Shown one piece after another: positions 47,050 to 59,900 of a stretch of 64,000 bases of DNA. The position numbers and the translations under genes are program-made. The stretch's first letter is position 1. Each line of letters opens with the position of its first letter. A model generated the notes under the pieces. It was given only the letters and a program-made list of their open reading frames with translations, did no database searches and was not told the DNA's origin. The DNA is from Tubiluchus corallicola (taxonomy: Eukaryota; Animalia; Priapulida), in assembly GCA_030141605.1 (NCBI GenBank), contig JAQGDQ010000183.1, positions 62,001 to 126,000 of the forward strand, in the 5' to 3' direction.

Positions 47050-47361
47050 TGCAAGTTGGACCCGTATGTTTGCGCGGTGCAAGTTCGACCCGTATGTTTG
47101 CACAGTGGAAGTTGGACCCGTATGTTTGCACGGTGCAAGTTTGACCCGTATGTTTGCGCGGTGCAAGTTGGACTTGTATGTTTGCATGGTGCAAGTTGGA
47201 CCCGTATGTTTGCACGGTGCAAGTTGGACCTGTATGTTTGCACGGTGCATGTTTTACCTGTATGTTTGCCTGGTGCAAGTTTGACCCGTATGTTTGCGCG
47301 GTGCAAGTTGGACTTGTATGTTTGCACGGTGCAAGTTGGACCCGTATGTTTGCTCGGTGCA
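47050..47361. repeat. 28-bp tandem repeat, about 11 units
   Basis: Unit GTGCAAGTTGGACCCGTATGTTTGCACG. Confidence 0.96.
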
Positions 47362-47953
47362 CCCCTACACACCAGATGTTGTGATGGCACCTATAGATGA
47401 CTTTATTGACACAAGTAGCAACTTAAAATCATTTTCCTTAAAAAACAACACATGAGTTACTATTAGTTTTGTAAAATTAATTAGTTTGGGTCGTTAAGTC
47501 GAACAGTCGTAAGTTTCACAGCTCGTAAATCAATGACTATCTGAACGTCCTCATTATTTTAGATGTTGAATGTTAATGCAATGAATTCTGCCTAATTCTC
47601 CTGCCTCTGGAGACCAATGGAATTTCCGTCAGTTAAAGGAAAACTGGATGATTGTTGCTTAGTAAGAGCAGTTTTTCATGAACCCATGCAAAATGCAGCA
47701 AATACTTACGGTCCTGATGGAGTTAAAGTCAATTTTTTTTGCCATTGCTATTTGCGTCAGCGTTTGAACGAAAATGGGAATGAGCAATTGTTTAACAATT
47801 CATTAAATATTGGGCAATATAACTTATTTTGCAACACAATCAAGTGCAGATTTTAGGGTATTTCAGTTGTTGCATCAGAAACTTTTGAAAAATTTGATTC
47901 AAACCTTGCATGGTCGCACTAATTTAAGAAACTTACTCTGCGTTATCACTGTT

Positions 47954-48357
47954 CAGGGTTCCCACAGTCGGGGGGAAAATCCTTGAAAATACAGCCTATC
48001 CTGGAAAGTCGTGGAAAAGTCAGGGGAAAAGATAAATTGGTAAAAAGTTGGGAAAATGATGAAAACCAGGCGAAAAGTCAAGGAAATTGGGAAGGGTTGC
48101 AAAAATTATTACTGTGAACAGATATTTTTCCAAAAATATTTTTAAGCGATTCGTGTTCAATCGAAATTTTGCTATGGTAGGTTCCCAGTTCCGATTTCTG
48201 TTCCAAAAATAATGATTGGCCGACACATTATATATCAGCATATGCATGCCTTACACAAAAATGTTTGAATATATATACTGGTAGTGCTGATTATCTTGGT
48301 CATGGAAAATCAATATCTGGTCAGGGAAATTTTTTTTAAAATTCTGTGGGAACCCTG
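47954..48357. mobile_element. MITE with TIR CAGGGTTCCCACAG
   Basis: 14-bp perfect terminal inverted repeat; GGAAAAGTC subterminal motifs. Confidence 0.85.
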
Positions 48358-49549
48358 AGTGATAATAACTACAGCTAATGACAGTATTTGTCATTCATAT
48401 CACTGGAGCTGTTGCACTACTAGTGATATCAAAATGTCATTATGTAAAAGTGGGTAGACAGTTGGGGTCTGTGTAACGTTGGCAGAAGAGTTTGTAATTT
48501 GTGGTGGCGAGTTTATTAGCACTGAAAATTGGGCATAATTCTTTGCACGCTCGAAAGTTTGACATGACTGTAATACGTTTTTGTGGAACCAAAGTTTTCC
48601 GAAGCGACTCGCTAAAGCACATTCAGAACTTCGCCAAAGAAGTGTTGTTAAATTTGTTTTCAGGGAGTTAAAAATTTTATTTATCGCGGAAATGGTCTAT
48701 CACGTTTTTACACATTTGCTTCCGATATACTGTATGTTAACATATTTACACTGTTAATTGAGAAACCGTGATTTCGGCTGGATTGTTACGGTTTCCACTT
48801 TGGCCTACTGTGTCACGTGATTTAAAACTTTGTTAATTTATTTTGATACTGTTAACGTTCTTCATTTTCTAATGTGTCCAGCGAGTGCAAGTATAAAATG
48901 TGCGATAACTACAGTTACTATGCAATGCAATTTAAAAGCTCACAAGTTCAGGAGTCATTTAATAATAATTTATAATATTAATAATAATTTATTTATTGTA
49001 AATTATTATTAAATTACTTCTGAACTAATAATAATTTATTATTACAAATTTCAGCAAACGGCAGCACTTTCGACTGTAAATTTACGCAATACATGTAGGG
49101 CCATCTATTGGCAAGACAGAGAGCATCTTGAAGCTTGCACCGCTTCTTTCAATTCATTAGTGATTGCAGACCTGCCAACCATTTGATATAGAAATTAGTG
49201 TGAAATGTAGAAAGACCAGGGATCGTCTCACCCCAGGCAAACGCAAATTTTGCCCCCGAAATTTTAGCTTTTTTGACTGTCAGAATCAAATTCTGAAAAG
49301 AATTAAGACGAGAAAGTAAGAAAAGGTCATTTTTGGGGACTACTGAGCTTCCTTGTGCTGTTATTGTAGTTCAGGGTTATTTATAATTTACAAGTTCTTG
49401 TTTTCTATGCTTAAACAACAATAACATTTCTAATTATAATTATAAATTATAATTTGTCCCTAATTGTATTTTTTGGTTTGACAGGATTTCTATGTTTCAT
49501 CCCAGCTTAAATCATCGCTTGATTTTCTTCTACTAACCTTAACTAATAG

Positions 49550-49677
49550 TAGGGTCGGCAGATTTGAAAATTACAAATACGGTACACTAAAATCTCTCTC
49601 TATATTATTCTTCTATATATATATATATAGAATAGAGAGAGAGAGAGACTTATACCTGCCTAAACATGCATGTATAA

Positions 49678-49729
<52 letters not shown>

Positions 49730-49766
49730 TGGAAATATATTGGCCTGACTGTGTAGGCATACATAA

Positions 49767-49810
<44 letters not shown>

Positions 49811-50183
49811 ATATATATAGGCTTATGTATGCCTACACACATAGGCCAATATATTATATAAAAGTAGAGATGTAAGTGTAAAACATAAAGAAAGTTCAGA
49901 GAGGCAGCAAACACGTCAGTTTAGTGTAAACTTGTAGCAACGTTAGTTTTCTCATTACTTTTGGGTTATTTTCATCAAGAGAAGCTGCAAAAAGAAAGTC
50001 TAATTACTTATAAAGTTACGACTAAAAACCGTAAAAAGGTAGTAAAAAATGTTTTTATCACAAAATTAGAAAATGAACCAAAAACGGGACATTTAGGTGT
50101 CCCTGAAAGGACAGAACGGGAGAGAAGACAAAATTATCAAATATGAAACATGTCCCGTATATAAGGCACGTCTGGCAACCCTA
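49550..50183. mobile_element. hAT-type MITE containing (TA)n tracts
   Basis: TAGGGTCGGCAGA / TCTGGCAACCCTA; flanks ACTAATAG / ACTAAAAG (7 of 8 match). Confidence 0.7.
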
Positions 50184-50292
50184 ACTAAAAGTGTGACTGA
50201 TTTGTTAACCTCTATGCTTTTTAGCCACCCTTTCTATATGTGTTCTTTTATGCTCATAAAAAAGCTCAGCTACTGTATTATTGACAGTAGTA

Positions 50293-50637
50293 CAGTGTTC
50301 CCTCGCTGCTTCGCGGCTTTTTCGCGGGTTTTTGCTGTACTCCGTCTAAAGTATTTTTGCACATGCGTAGTACGTATTGTACAGTAATGTATAGATTTGC
50401 AGTAAATAGTGTATTTATTTGGCGGATGAATACGCACCAAAAACGAAATGTAGTACTTGCGCCCGCTTGATATGCTACTTGCCGACGTGAGATTGTACAC
50501 AACACACGATTGGTTGATTGATGGAGTGTAAAATAATGTATAACTACTAAAATAAGTGTAGTGTCCCTACTTCGCGGAAATTCACTTATCGCGGGTGGGC
50601 CTGCAACGAAACACACGATATAAGTGAGGGAACACTG
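50293..50637. mobile_element. Tc1/pogo-type MITE family B
   Basis: TA|CAGTGTTCCCTC..GAGGGAACACTG|TA; homologous to 27750-28172. Confidence 0.88.
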
Positions 50638-51516
50638 TACTACTAATAATTGTGTTCTGGTTGGTACTGATGGCAGAGGAAGCCAGGTGATTTGCAAACT
50701 TGCAGGTAAAGTTGCAGACTGAAATTTGGCACACCTTTAATGCATGAGTTGGCAGGTCTGCGGTTAATGTAATCGGCTTACAATTACTGTTTTGTATATC
50801 TACAGGTAAGATAAGTTAGTTTGCAACCACTGAGTCATTTTGCAGCCATTTGATCAAAAATAACTCGTTTATGACCGATGCAATGAATCAGTTGATTATG
50901 AATTTTTTTTTATTTTGTTGTATTTACCAAAAGTTCTTGTGTTAATGTCTATGATTTGATGTCTATAATGTCTTGATTGCACGAATGATTTTCCCGCAAA
51001 AGGAATATAAAAGAAATAAAGCAATAATTTGCACTAAAAAAAGAATTTTATTGTCTAAAATACTCTATTCTCAGATCCCCACACGTATTAAATTTCAAAT
51101 CACTATTGCTTGACTACTTGAGTATCAACACACATCATCATCATCATACGCCCGTCGCGTCTATTGTAGGCATTGGGCAGGCAGAATTCTAAAATAAAAG
51201 AAATCTGCCTTCAGACAGGTAAACGCAGCAGTAATCCAGCAAAAAACTAGACCCTGCTACGCCAGTGGCTTGTCAGCACCACTTCCGTTCCATCAACATA
51301 CTTGTTTCTAGTACAAGCTACAGGCAATATAAGAAATCTTTGGAGATATTGTTAAAAAATTACATTCCATACAGTTACATAACAAGATGATTGAGGTTAG
51401 CAAATTTTTTGGAACTTGTCACTGGTTATACGGCCTAATCATAATACTGCAATATCATTGAGTATTTCATTGCTGAAAGTAAAGACAATGTGTCAAAAAG
51501 ATGAAACTCTGATGTA

Positions 51517-52151
51517 CCGGGTGTTTCAAAAGTCACTGTATACTTGATTTCTAATTTGCTTTTTTTACATTTTCTCCAATCTCAGCAAGGCCTTACAATA
51601 GACTTACACGAATGAAACTGGGTCTTTGACAATTCTCATTTGACTGGAACGCGGTTGCTATGGTGACGATAGCAACATTAGTAAAATAAGGTACAAAGTC
51701 AGCCTGACACGAGGTCCTTCAATCACCAACTGAAGTTCTGTAGAAACTCAGACAACCATATGGACCACACTATTCTCTCATTAACTATGTAGTTTTTCAA
51801 CAAGATGCAATCCTTCCTCACCACTCATGAGCTACGAGAACTTTCTCAATGCAAGATGCCCGACTGCCACTGATTTGGTCTCTGAAACTTTTGAGGTCCT
51901 TGAGGAAGGTAGCAAAAATGGCAATGCCGCCTAGTGTAGTTGTTCGTGAGCTAAGAATAAAAAAGTTCCATCTACAATTTTTGTTTGATTAGCACTGCGG
52001 GAACAATTAGGGCTGCTATTTTCACATGTTTGTCTAACGTGACTAAAAGAATCGCCCAAGGTTTTATCTGTACCCGCTTTCAAACATTTTGCTTTGATTG
52101 TTAAAAAAATATAGAAAATGTGAGGTGTATAGTGACTTATGACACACCCTG
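51517..52151 (+). mobile_element. Deleted Tc1/mariner element
   Basis: TA|CCGGGTGT..ACACCCTG|TA; internal VVFQQD..PH remnant of a DDD/E transposase near 51790. Confidence 0.65.
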
Positions 52152-53848
52152 TACAGCAAGGCAACTTTTAATTAGTGACAAAATCGTTAATTTTCAGTTA
52201 ATTTTTTTAGACAAAAAGTGGCAAGTTTCTTTTCACTGGAATCAATTTATACTGACAGTAACTTCATGAAACTTTACTAACCTTAACTAGCGATAACTAT
52301 TACCTACTGGCACAAAATTATTTACAATAGGTCCACATGCACACATACACAATGAAAAATCAAAAATCAATAATGACAAAATACTGATTTTAAAAACGAC
52401 GTTCTTGCTGCGAATACAAATCCACAGCAAATTCGCCTAAAGTAACCAAAAATGCATCGCCTCTTTTTGAGTAGACGTATCACATCTGCTGCACCTAAGA
52501 TTTTCTTTTAAGAAAGTCAAAACAAATACCCAAACACACAACCGACAATGATACGTAATCATATTTTGTATGATCCATAAACTTAAAAAATATAACTAAG
52601 TTTTATATGGAACTATAATTAGTCTCTACAATAATCAATAATAACAGCGTCTATGTTGTAAGTACAATAAAAATCATATTTACCAACCATAATTATATCT
52701 TTGACATTATTCTCAGACAAACATAAAAATAATAATTATATTATGAAGCCAAAAATAGTACTTCTTATATGAAAATATCGGTAAATAAAAATCTAAGTAA
52801 TAAAATCTAATAGTATGATTTATACTAAACTTCATTCTTAAACTTTGACAACTAGAATTTATTTATCGTCAATTAACAACAGCAATGGCTGGAATCTCTG
52901 AGCTTCACAAATATGTAAACGGCTTTAAAAATATATCCAAAAATTTAGACAGGCACAATTATTATCCCTGTATAATCACCACTTCATTAGCAGTTTGACA
53001 ACTAATCAAATGCATGATCAAATATGTGTGAGCAAACGTACGTGTTAGACTACAGGTTTCCTACTTTGAAAAACTACATAACAGTTGCAACGTAAGTTTC
53101 AAAAACTACTTACAGAATTTGAAAATAAATTCTAAACGATGGAAAATATGAAAAATCTAATTACCAATTATAGGTAGAACAGTCGATTACATATGTGAAT
53201 ATAAAGCACATTTGAAAACACGAAAACTCTACTTATGTAAAAACTTAAAAAATTTGTATTGCTTACGCACTACCTTATTGCGTACAGAGCTTGCATTTGT
53301 AGCAGCTCCGCATAAAACTTGTAAATTTTATCCACAAAACCCTGATGATCGCTAGGGCCGGCCCGTGTGACTTTCGATCGTTTAAAACAAGATTGGACAA
53401 CACTGTGTAAAAACTGAAACATAATTTGTAGTGCACACTTCACTAACTAAGGAAAAGTTTAAATTACTTAATTTTGTCAATAATAAGATTGATATTTTTT
53501 TGGTCAGTGGCACACTAACAACTATAGTAGAGGGTAGTTTACTCAACATACAGGTAAGACGACTTGCATCCAGATCATCTGATGACTGACTGTATTACAA
53601 CATTTTGCGGAGGATTTTTGTCAAAAGTAGAGCTGATTTTAGTTGTAAGCGTGTCAGTAGCTTAAAAAACATAGAGAAAATTCTGCACATTTTGAAATGT
53701 CGCTTCTCCCTCTGCATTTTGCGTAAGCACGATTCACTGCTTCGGCGTAGATACATTTGAGCAAATTCATAGCAGACTTGTAACAACGTTCTCAATGTGT
53801 TTGGTAACCATAACAACCCACTTGCGCAGCTGCAGTTCGTTTAAGTGA

Positions 53849-53947
53849 TTAATATTCGGGTATGAAAGCATGTTGAGCATATCCGATTCTCTGAAGAGAA
53901 TCTTTGATTGCCGGGTAAACGGTCGCATCTTCTATTGTGACCGGAAT
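53849..53947 (-). CDS. ACSS3: ACSS3 last exon
   Basis: IPVTIEDATVYPAIKDSLQRIGYAQHAFIPEY*. Confidence 0.88.
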   Translation of the reverse strand: MPVTIEDATVYPAIKDSLQRIGYAQHAFIPEY

Positions 53948-56900
53948 CTGGAAAAAACCAGTGAATCTCAGTTACAAGTTCACTGAAATACGGAAAATTA
54001 GTTTTTGTAGAAATGTTTTGGAACTTCCATCCTTTACAGACAGGCCCAAACCAACAATGGAGTATTAACAGCTAGAGCATTCAAAGTTAACATTAACTGT
54101 AAATGGCCTTAATTGCAAAATTTTCTGCACAGTTTCACACAGAAATTAATGTTCCCAAACCATACGCAGACAAATGCTGCCAATGGTTAACTATGCAATC
54201 CATTCCCCAGCAGGGACATAGCCAGATTTTAAAGTTAGGAGGAGCAAGCGACGGGGACGATTTTAAGACCGTTGTGAAGCCGGTTTAAACACATGCACTT
54301 CGTTCATGATTGCTAAGCCTATTGTATGATTAATGCTGTACCACGCACAAACACCGTGACATGTATCTACTCACTTCCCGGTAGTATGTATGTATAGTTT
54401 AAGCTAGTTTCCCTGAATACAGGAACACTTGTATTCGTTTCAAACCTGCAAGTGAAACTGTCCCACATAAAGGCCGGGTTGACCAGCCGTAATTCTGCAC
54501 CTCGTCGATTCACATGCAGGCTTCGATAGCCAGGCACCGTGGGAAATATGAAAGGGGCGGATAAATTAGCCCGCCAAGCCACAAGTGCGTGACTTACTTT
54601 TATAACGACCTTTTTTTACTAAAAGAGCTAGTTTCAATCTCAGATAAATATGGCACGTAGAAAAGGTGCTGTGATGTAACACCGTCATAATAAAATGTAA
54701 AGAAACTGAAACTATATAACTATCGGTAAGCTTACTGCTAAATCAATTGTAACGCATCTAGGCAAACGTGTGACACAAGTACATTATGGTATCCAGGTTT
54801 GGGGCAAATTGATCCTTGATTCAATCAATCAGATCAACCTTGACAAATGAGTGGCGTAAATGCACACTCATTTCAAAAACAGGGGAGGCTGGTTGGTCAA
54901 ACCAAGTAATGACTCCATTGTTGAAAAGGCGCCAATTTCGAAAAAAGAATTTGGGGAGCAGTTGCACCACTTAGATGCCCTTCTTGCCAGCTATGCCACT
55001 GTTCCCCATTGTTTCCTTTTAAGAATCTGTGATAGTAACACCAGTACAGTTCTTCTGTTCAATGGGTGTCGAGGATTGAGTGATTATGTCTGGAATCAAC
55101 CTGCCCACAGAAACTAGAGACAATTAAACGACTGTTTGCCAGCCTGAGTAGATCTGTTCACGAGCAATAAAGTGGTTCCTTTGACAATACATACTTTGAA
55201 TGGTTTATTTTCTGCCATCGCCACCAGGGTGCCGCGAGCAATCTTTCCAGAACGCGTTTTCGGCAGCTTGGGAATGATGACGGCTTTCTTGAATGCGGCG
55301 ACGGGTCCTATGAGCTCACGTACGATCTGCACGACCTCTTCAACTATTTGTTCTTCTGGTTTCGCCATACCGCCCTCAACTGTGGCGAAATAAAACCAGT
55401 GCAACACAGTTAGAAATGACAAACAGACGAGCAAACGTTGTGAACTAATGAATGAAGCAAGTCACTACACACATGACAGTCTAGGGATGTTAATGCAATG
55501 TAATGTAAAATTTATTTACATATCACACTACATCGTTTAAAATTTGAGCAACAATAAAATATATTTAAAATTCATCAGAAACATAAAATTTAAAAGACAT
55601 TAAAAATAATTCATCATAAAATTTACAATTTAAATAAATGTGTTTTAAGATGTTGTTTAAAACAATCTTAATAAATTTCTTGAACGTACAGCATTAGTAT
55701 TAGAACGAAGTGCTCGGGATGCGTTATGGTGTATTAAAAGATCAGTAAGGTATGCAGGTGTCAAACCATGTAGTATTTTGTAGGTGATACAAACAATTTT
55801 AAATTGAATTCGGAACTTTATCGGCAACCAATGTAACTTTCTTAGAATGGGTGTAATATGATCATATTTTCTAGTTTTCGTGATGAGACGGGCAGCAGAA
55901 TTCTGAATTAGTTGGAGCTTAATGAAATAATGCAATTTTATCAAAACATTAAGATGAAGCCACATCTGACAGCATCTACACAACAATCAGTCATATGCAG
56001 ATTATTATAACGATTCAAATTTTAATATTATGTACATGTGCAGCTCAGATTTTCATCCTAAAATTTCGGAAGTAATTTCAAAATTTCGAAGAATCATAAA
56101 TTTTAAAGATCCAATTTTATGTAGACAAAAAGAACATGCTACTAACTTGTCTCTGTTTTAGTTACTGAATCTAGTACTAATTTTATTCAGTAACAAACAT
56201 GGCTGCTTTCAGCAACAATTTTAGTTTTGTGCTTTGATATTTTGATATAAATGCAGAAGTAGACACTGAAGAGCTCTGCTGAAAAGTCTTGTGTCTTTCA
56301 ATTTAGTTACTGTATGACTGCATATACCCGTGCACTGTGGAATAAATGCTGAAACTTTACCATCATGGTCTTTGTATTTTTCAAAGCATTATTTTACAGT
56401 AAGAAACACTGATACAACAACTGTGACATAAAGAACCCCAATTCCTACTGCAAATAAACAGCCAGAGATTAGGAAAAGCTATGAAAAAAAATTAACAATA
56501 TCACTCCAAGCAAACTATATTCGGTTCAACTACACCTAGCAACTGCATGTTTTCAGTAAATACAGCCTCTCGTTTAATCAGCATGTTTTGAGTAAATACA
56601 GCCTCCAGTTAATATGAAATCTTTACAGATCGACAAGAATACAACATGCGTGAATATCGAGCATTTTTAGCATGTTAGTACTAAATATGATGCCATGCGC
56701 GAATATTAGTTTGTGGAGTTGCACATTAGACTTAGTAGTTACTGTTACCAGTTGATATACCGACATAATGGACAAAATTACAGTCACTGCAATGTACCTA
56801 AGTTCTATTGTACGGGTTGCAAAAAACAGCACGGTAGTATTTATTACAAAGTAATGTTTACCTATAGGCAACGTTTGTTTATCACCAAATGCATACTCTC

Positions 56901-59900
56901 TGAAATGCATGCCGGTAGTAACTGCAATATATTGCTATTTTCAGGACTGCGGCGTACGAAACTACATGCCAGTCACCGTAACCAAACTGGCACTGTAGTT
57001 ATACATGCACATAAGCGAATCTGGTCTACAACGCAACACAAGCAACATTTTCAATTCCAGCCAAAAACATCTAATAATCAAACCTTTGCTTGACGGTACA
57101 TCTTGTAAATCATCTAAATGAGAATTAAAGCAATTAAGAATGAAGAAAGCAGAATGCCTGGTCACTGAAGCAGGCAGACGTTCAGCTGCCTTTTTAAATT
57201 TACTCTTTTCAAGAAATTTACGTCGACTAAAGTAGCAGGACGTCTTTTCCGGCAGGAAAGACTAAATGAAAAATTGTTGAAAGATTTTGTTAAATGGTTA
57301 GAGCAAAAAAGCAAGACAATGAGAACACAAGCTGCGTCAACGTCTACGATTGCCAGCAGTTAAACTTTGCGAAACTAACTGGCTTTTCTAAATGCCACAA
57401 CATCATACGACTGAATGTAGTGCAATTACACATTTGCATTGTTTTTTTAACTTGCCATTAAATGGCAGACAAAAAATTGCTCAGTCACCATAGCAACGTC
57501 AACTTTAGGAATGCCTATTCCGTCAGTGTGACCTTAGAAGCTACAGCAGGACAATGAACATAGCAGCTGCGTGTCACAAACACCATGGCAACCTATTGTT
57601 CCAAATTGTGGCTTGTTGCTGTGTGAAAATTTTACACATTTTTTTACAAATGTCATTAGCGCACAAAAAGTTCATGCCCTATATTTTTACATAAATAACA
57701 AATTGATTATTTCATTAGCTATCTGAATATGTTGGTTGTTTTTGTTTAAGTAGGCAAATAATTAAACAACTTGAGAAAAATCTCCATGAAAAATGCTTCA
57801 TTTATCAAACAAAACAACATAAAACACTTAATAAATTTACCGAAAATTCACAAAACCCAAATATGATCTTGACACAGGAGTGAGATCATTACAAAGCTGA
57901 AAAACCCTCTTAATAGATCCGTTGGCTGTTTTTACTTGCAAACACTCATTGTAACAAAATTAACTGATACAGTCAACCTTGGGTATAAGGTACTCGCTTA
58001 TAAGGGACCACCAACACCGGTCCCTATATTTCGTAACATTTTTCGTATGTAAAAATCTTCGTATGTAAGGTACTCGCTTATAAGAGACCTTCGGTTATAA
58101 GGGACAATATCTTCAGGTCCCGAGTAATAGAAACCCCCGTAAATTACCTCGCATATAAGGGACCCGATGATCAAAGCGAAACTGATTGATTTTTAACCTC
58201 AATTTTTCGCAAACTCTGCCTTCGAATAGCTCGGTTTCCGTGATCACATACATCTCACATCACTGAAAGAGCTTCCTACATACCGTTTCTACTGAATGTG
58301 TAGCAATAATCCATAAAAATATGGGTAAAAGCACAGAAAAGTACAGGTCTAGATACACCCTCGGTCTGACTCAACTTCAGCTATAAGGGACATCGGAGAT
58401 AAGGGACGATTTTTTTCTGGTCCGGAGGTGTCCCTTATATTGTGTAAAAAGCGAAATTTGTCAATGGCTAGTAAGTTAATCAGGCACAACAATGAAACTT
58501 GTAATTGCACTATTTGAGGTCACATGTTTACCTCACTGATGAGCAAATTTACACTGAACAATTCTTGGATTTGAAGAGATATGAACAATGACAGATTAAG
58601 ATTGATTGAGCAAAGTTTAATTACTTTACAAAACAAAGTGTCTAACTCAAGATGATGCTGTTCACAGAGCTACAGATTACGTCAGAACTGATTAACAGTG
58701 TATTTCACATTAACAGAAACAAGGGTGAGCATTCTCTACCAGAAACTGAATTCGAATCGAACCGAATTTGAATTGAGATTGAAAGATTTTCCAGTAAGTT
58801 TTCGAACCACTACTAAAAAGCGGTCTTACAAAGATCATACATATTACTTGATCTTGTTCTGCCTGCAGTAAAAACACTATTAGTTTTTTAAAAATTCTGC
58901 ACAGAAACTGCAGCTAAATTGCGCTAATTACATGATGTTTCAAACATTTTAATGATAAAGAACATATGAGGCTGAAGTGCTGAATTATTCGAATCTGTAA
59001 TTTTAGTTTCGAATCGAATTCGGACAAAAAATACTCGTTCGCATCAAATTTGAATATTCGATGCTCAACCCTGACAGGAACCAACACTGAAGTCAATTCT
59101 GAGGACCTTTTCCAATAACTAGAGTGCTAGTGTCTTTTTATGTGCGTTTGTTTTCAAACCTAAATTATTACACTAAAATATTACGTAATACTAACCGTGC
59201 TTCAACACGAGCAGTCCAATGGGAACAGTTCCTTTGAGTTCATCGTTCACACCGATGACCGCACATTCAGCTAGATCGTCATGTTCCAATATTGCCTAAA
59301 TTACAAAGAAGAGTTAATAACAGAATCTTCTCTTCTCAAATTAGCTTCCAACTAATGATATCATTAATCGTGTACTTGCATAGCAAAATTAGATTCAGAT
59401 TTATTTATTCATCCATTTAGCACATACAAGAATAAAAGTTATAAAATTACTAACTAACAATGCATTACAGTGCTATGAGCGCAGCAGAAGAAATTAACTT
59501 ATGAGCTACGCTCAACATGGATAAGACTTAATTAATTATAGTAACAACAACTAAAAAAATACGTTAAATGAAGCGAAGCAAACACAAACTGATAATGACT
59601 ATGCTGACTATGTAGATGATAATCATGACAACGATCGAGTTATTAATGCTGATGACAATGGTGATGGTGATGACAATGATAATGAATTGATGTAATATTT
59701 GATCAAATGCACAAGATCTCGCATTTACGGTGACCTACTATCGTAATTATAGAGGCATATGCATGATCTTGTGCTTTGCAAATGAGTTTTCCAACGCAAA
59801 TTAAAAAAACTGACAAAAATTCAGGCCTCTCAAAGAGGCGAGTTTGTAGGTGTTACCTCCTCAATGGCTCCTCCAGAAATTCTGTGTCCGGCGACATTAA

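Larger units (their letters stand above)
49167..50760. mobile_element. hAT-like element (TIR CAGACCTGCCAAC) hosting two nested MITEs
   Basis: 13-bp perfect inverted ends; no clear TSD. Confidence 0.55.

Noticed and set aside
53342-53385. CTGATGA hammerhead candidate
   Set aside because: No downstream GAAA core or closing stems.
56623-57165. Overlapping ORFs of 67-126 aa
   Set aside because: No recognisable motifs; they lie in an ACSS3 intron and are not needed for the reading frame.
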